Shown piece after piece: positions 31,102 through 32,000 of a stretch of DNA of 32,000 nt (its first letter is position 1; each line of letters opens with the position of its first letter). Source of the DNA: Cylindrospermopsis raciborskii Cr2010 (GTDB taxonomy: Bacteria; Cyanobacteriota; Cyanobacteriia; Cyanobacteriales; Nostocaceae); assembly GCF_003367075.2 (NCBI RefSeq), contig NZ_CP065936.1:1920001-1952000 (forward strand). Reading direction: 5' to 3'. The position numbers and the translations under genes are program-made. The notes beneath the pieces are model-generated. The model searched no databases and was not told the origin of the DNA. It was given only the letters and a program-made list of their open reading frames with translations.

Positions 31102-32000
31102 CTAATCTGTTTCCTGAATTTGTAGTCTAATGGTATGCTCAGTAGCGCCATTAAGTTTGATTTCCATCATTTCACCACCTAGGGGTTCAATACAACCAAG
31201 TAGAGAACGTAAATTAGGTGTACTTGCCCCCGTATCAACATATAATCTATCAGCCAAATTACTAATCCGTTTCCAGACCAAATACAACTTAGCTATATTT
31301 TGCTCCATCTGAGACGCTTGATTCACCAGGTCAGCAGCAACACTTAAACACCCAACTCTTTGCGCTTCTTCCAAAGCAATTTCGATATCCACATTCTCCT
31401 CTGCTAACGCTTGAACTTGAGCTGCTGATTTGAGATATCTAGCTAACTGTCTAGCCTCTGTTGTTGCCTGCTTTAAAGTGTCCACATCAGGACTCACCTC
31501 TATTTCTCTTTGTAAGACCTTCTGATGTGATTCTGGTAGTTTCTCCATTTCCTTAACTAGGGGAGCTATATACCTAGCAGGAAGGCTATTATCCGCAGCT
31601 TTCTCCCTCACTGGTGTAGGTAATAATTCCGAGGACATGGCAGTCCATTCATCAGTCAATTGACGAACTTCTCGACGAGTAATGCGATCGCCCTTTTGAG
31701 CTGCTTCACTGACCATTTGCTGTACTTCTGGGGTTGCTTTAGCAGTTTCCACAAAAGCCCGTTTACTAAAATTATTGACTTTACCCGGGTCGAGCTTGCC
31801 ATCTTGTATTAAAGTATCAGCACTATTAGCCAGTTGAATCCAGTGATATGCTTGACTTTTGCTAATTTCCCTTTCTTTTAACCATTGGAGAAACCCAGTT
31901 CCCCTGCTGTCTCCACCTTTTTTTTCCCGGTCACGGATGGCACGTAAAATCCGACCCCGCCAGATTTCTGTCTGGAGGTCAAAACGGTCACATACCTGCC
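31102..32000 (-). CDS. Conserved hypothetical protein, 5' end beyond window
   Basis: The listed ORF begins at a GTG at 31752, but the frame stays open upstream to the window edge (...RAIRDREKKGGDSRGTGFLQWLKEREISKSQAYHWIQLANSADTLIQDGKLDPGKVNNFSKRAFVETAKATP...). Confidence 0.75.
   Translation of the reverse strand, partial: QVCDRFDLQTEIWRGRILRAIRDREKKGGDSRGTGFLQWLKEREISKSQAYHWIQLANSADTLIQDGKLDPGKVNNFSKRAFVETAKATPEVQQMVSEAAQKGDRITRREVRQLTDEWTAMSSELLPTPVREKAADNSLPARYIAPLVKEMEKLPESHQKVLQREIEVSPDVDTLKQATTEARQLARYLKSAAQVQALAEENVDIEIALEEAQRVGCLSVAADLVNQASQMEQNIAKLYLVWKRISNLADRLYVDTGASTPNLRSLLGCIEPLGGEMMEIKLNGATEHTIRLQIQETD

Overview
This is a 32-kb cyanobacterial chromosome segment (HIP1 GCGATCGC sites; chlP, tgt, ychF, nadA, cobS-type genes). 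It has a degenerate accessory island at roughly 1.1-13.6 kb. From about 13.7 kb to the right edge it is mostly ordinary housekeeping sequence. The island holds: a 1.2-kb direct duplication whose two esterase copies are inactivated by different mutations; an orphan APE2256-like CARF protein next to a DUF3800-like protein; a HicB/truncated HicA pair abutting IS200/IS605 remnants; a compact three-gene membrane cassette (MotA/TolQ/ExbB-like channel with a long coiled-coil tail plus two different ExbD/TolR-like single-TM proteins); a DUF262 gene overlapping a truncated AAA ATPase; and a tnpB remnant. The best candidate for an under-described system is the three-gene proton-channel cassette at 8758-11358, which is reminiscent of the ZorAB motor of Zorya but has two non-identical stator-rod-like proteins. 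A collapsed relic of the same locus lies at 2396-2627, indicating that the cassette was once present at least twice. No CRISPR array, tRNA or rRNA was recognised. All functional statements come from motif recognition by eye; no searches were run.
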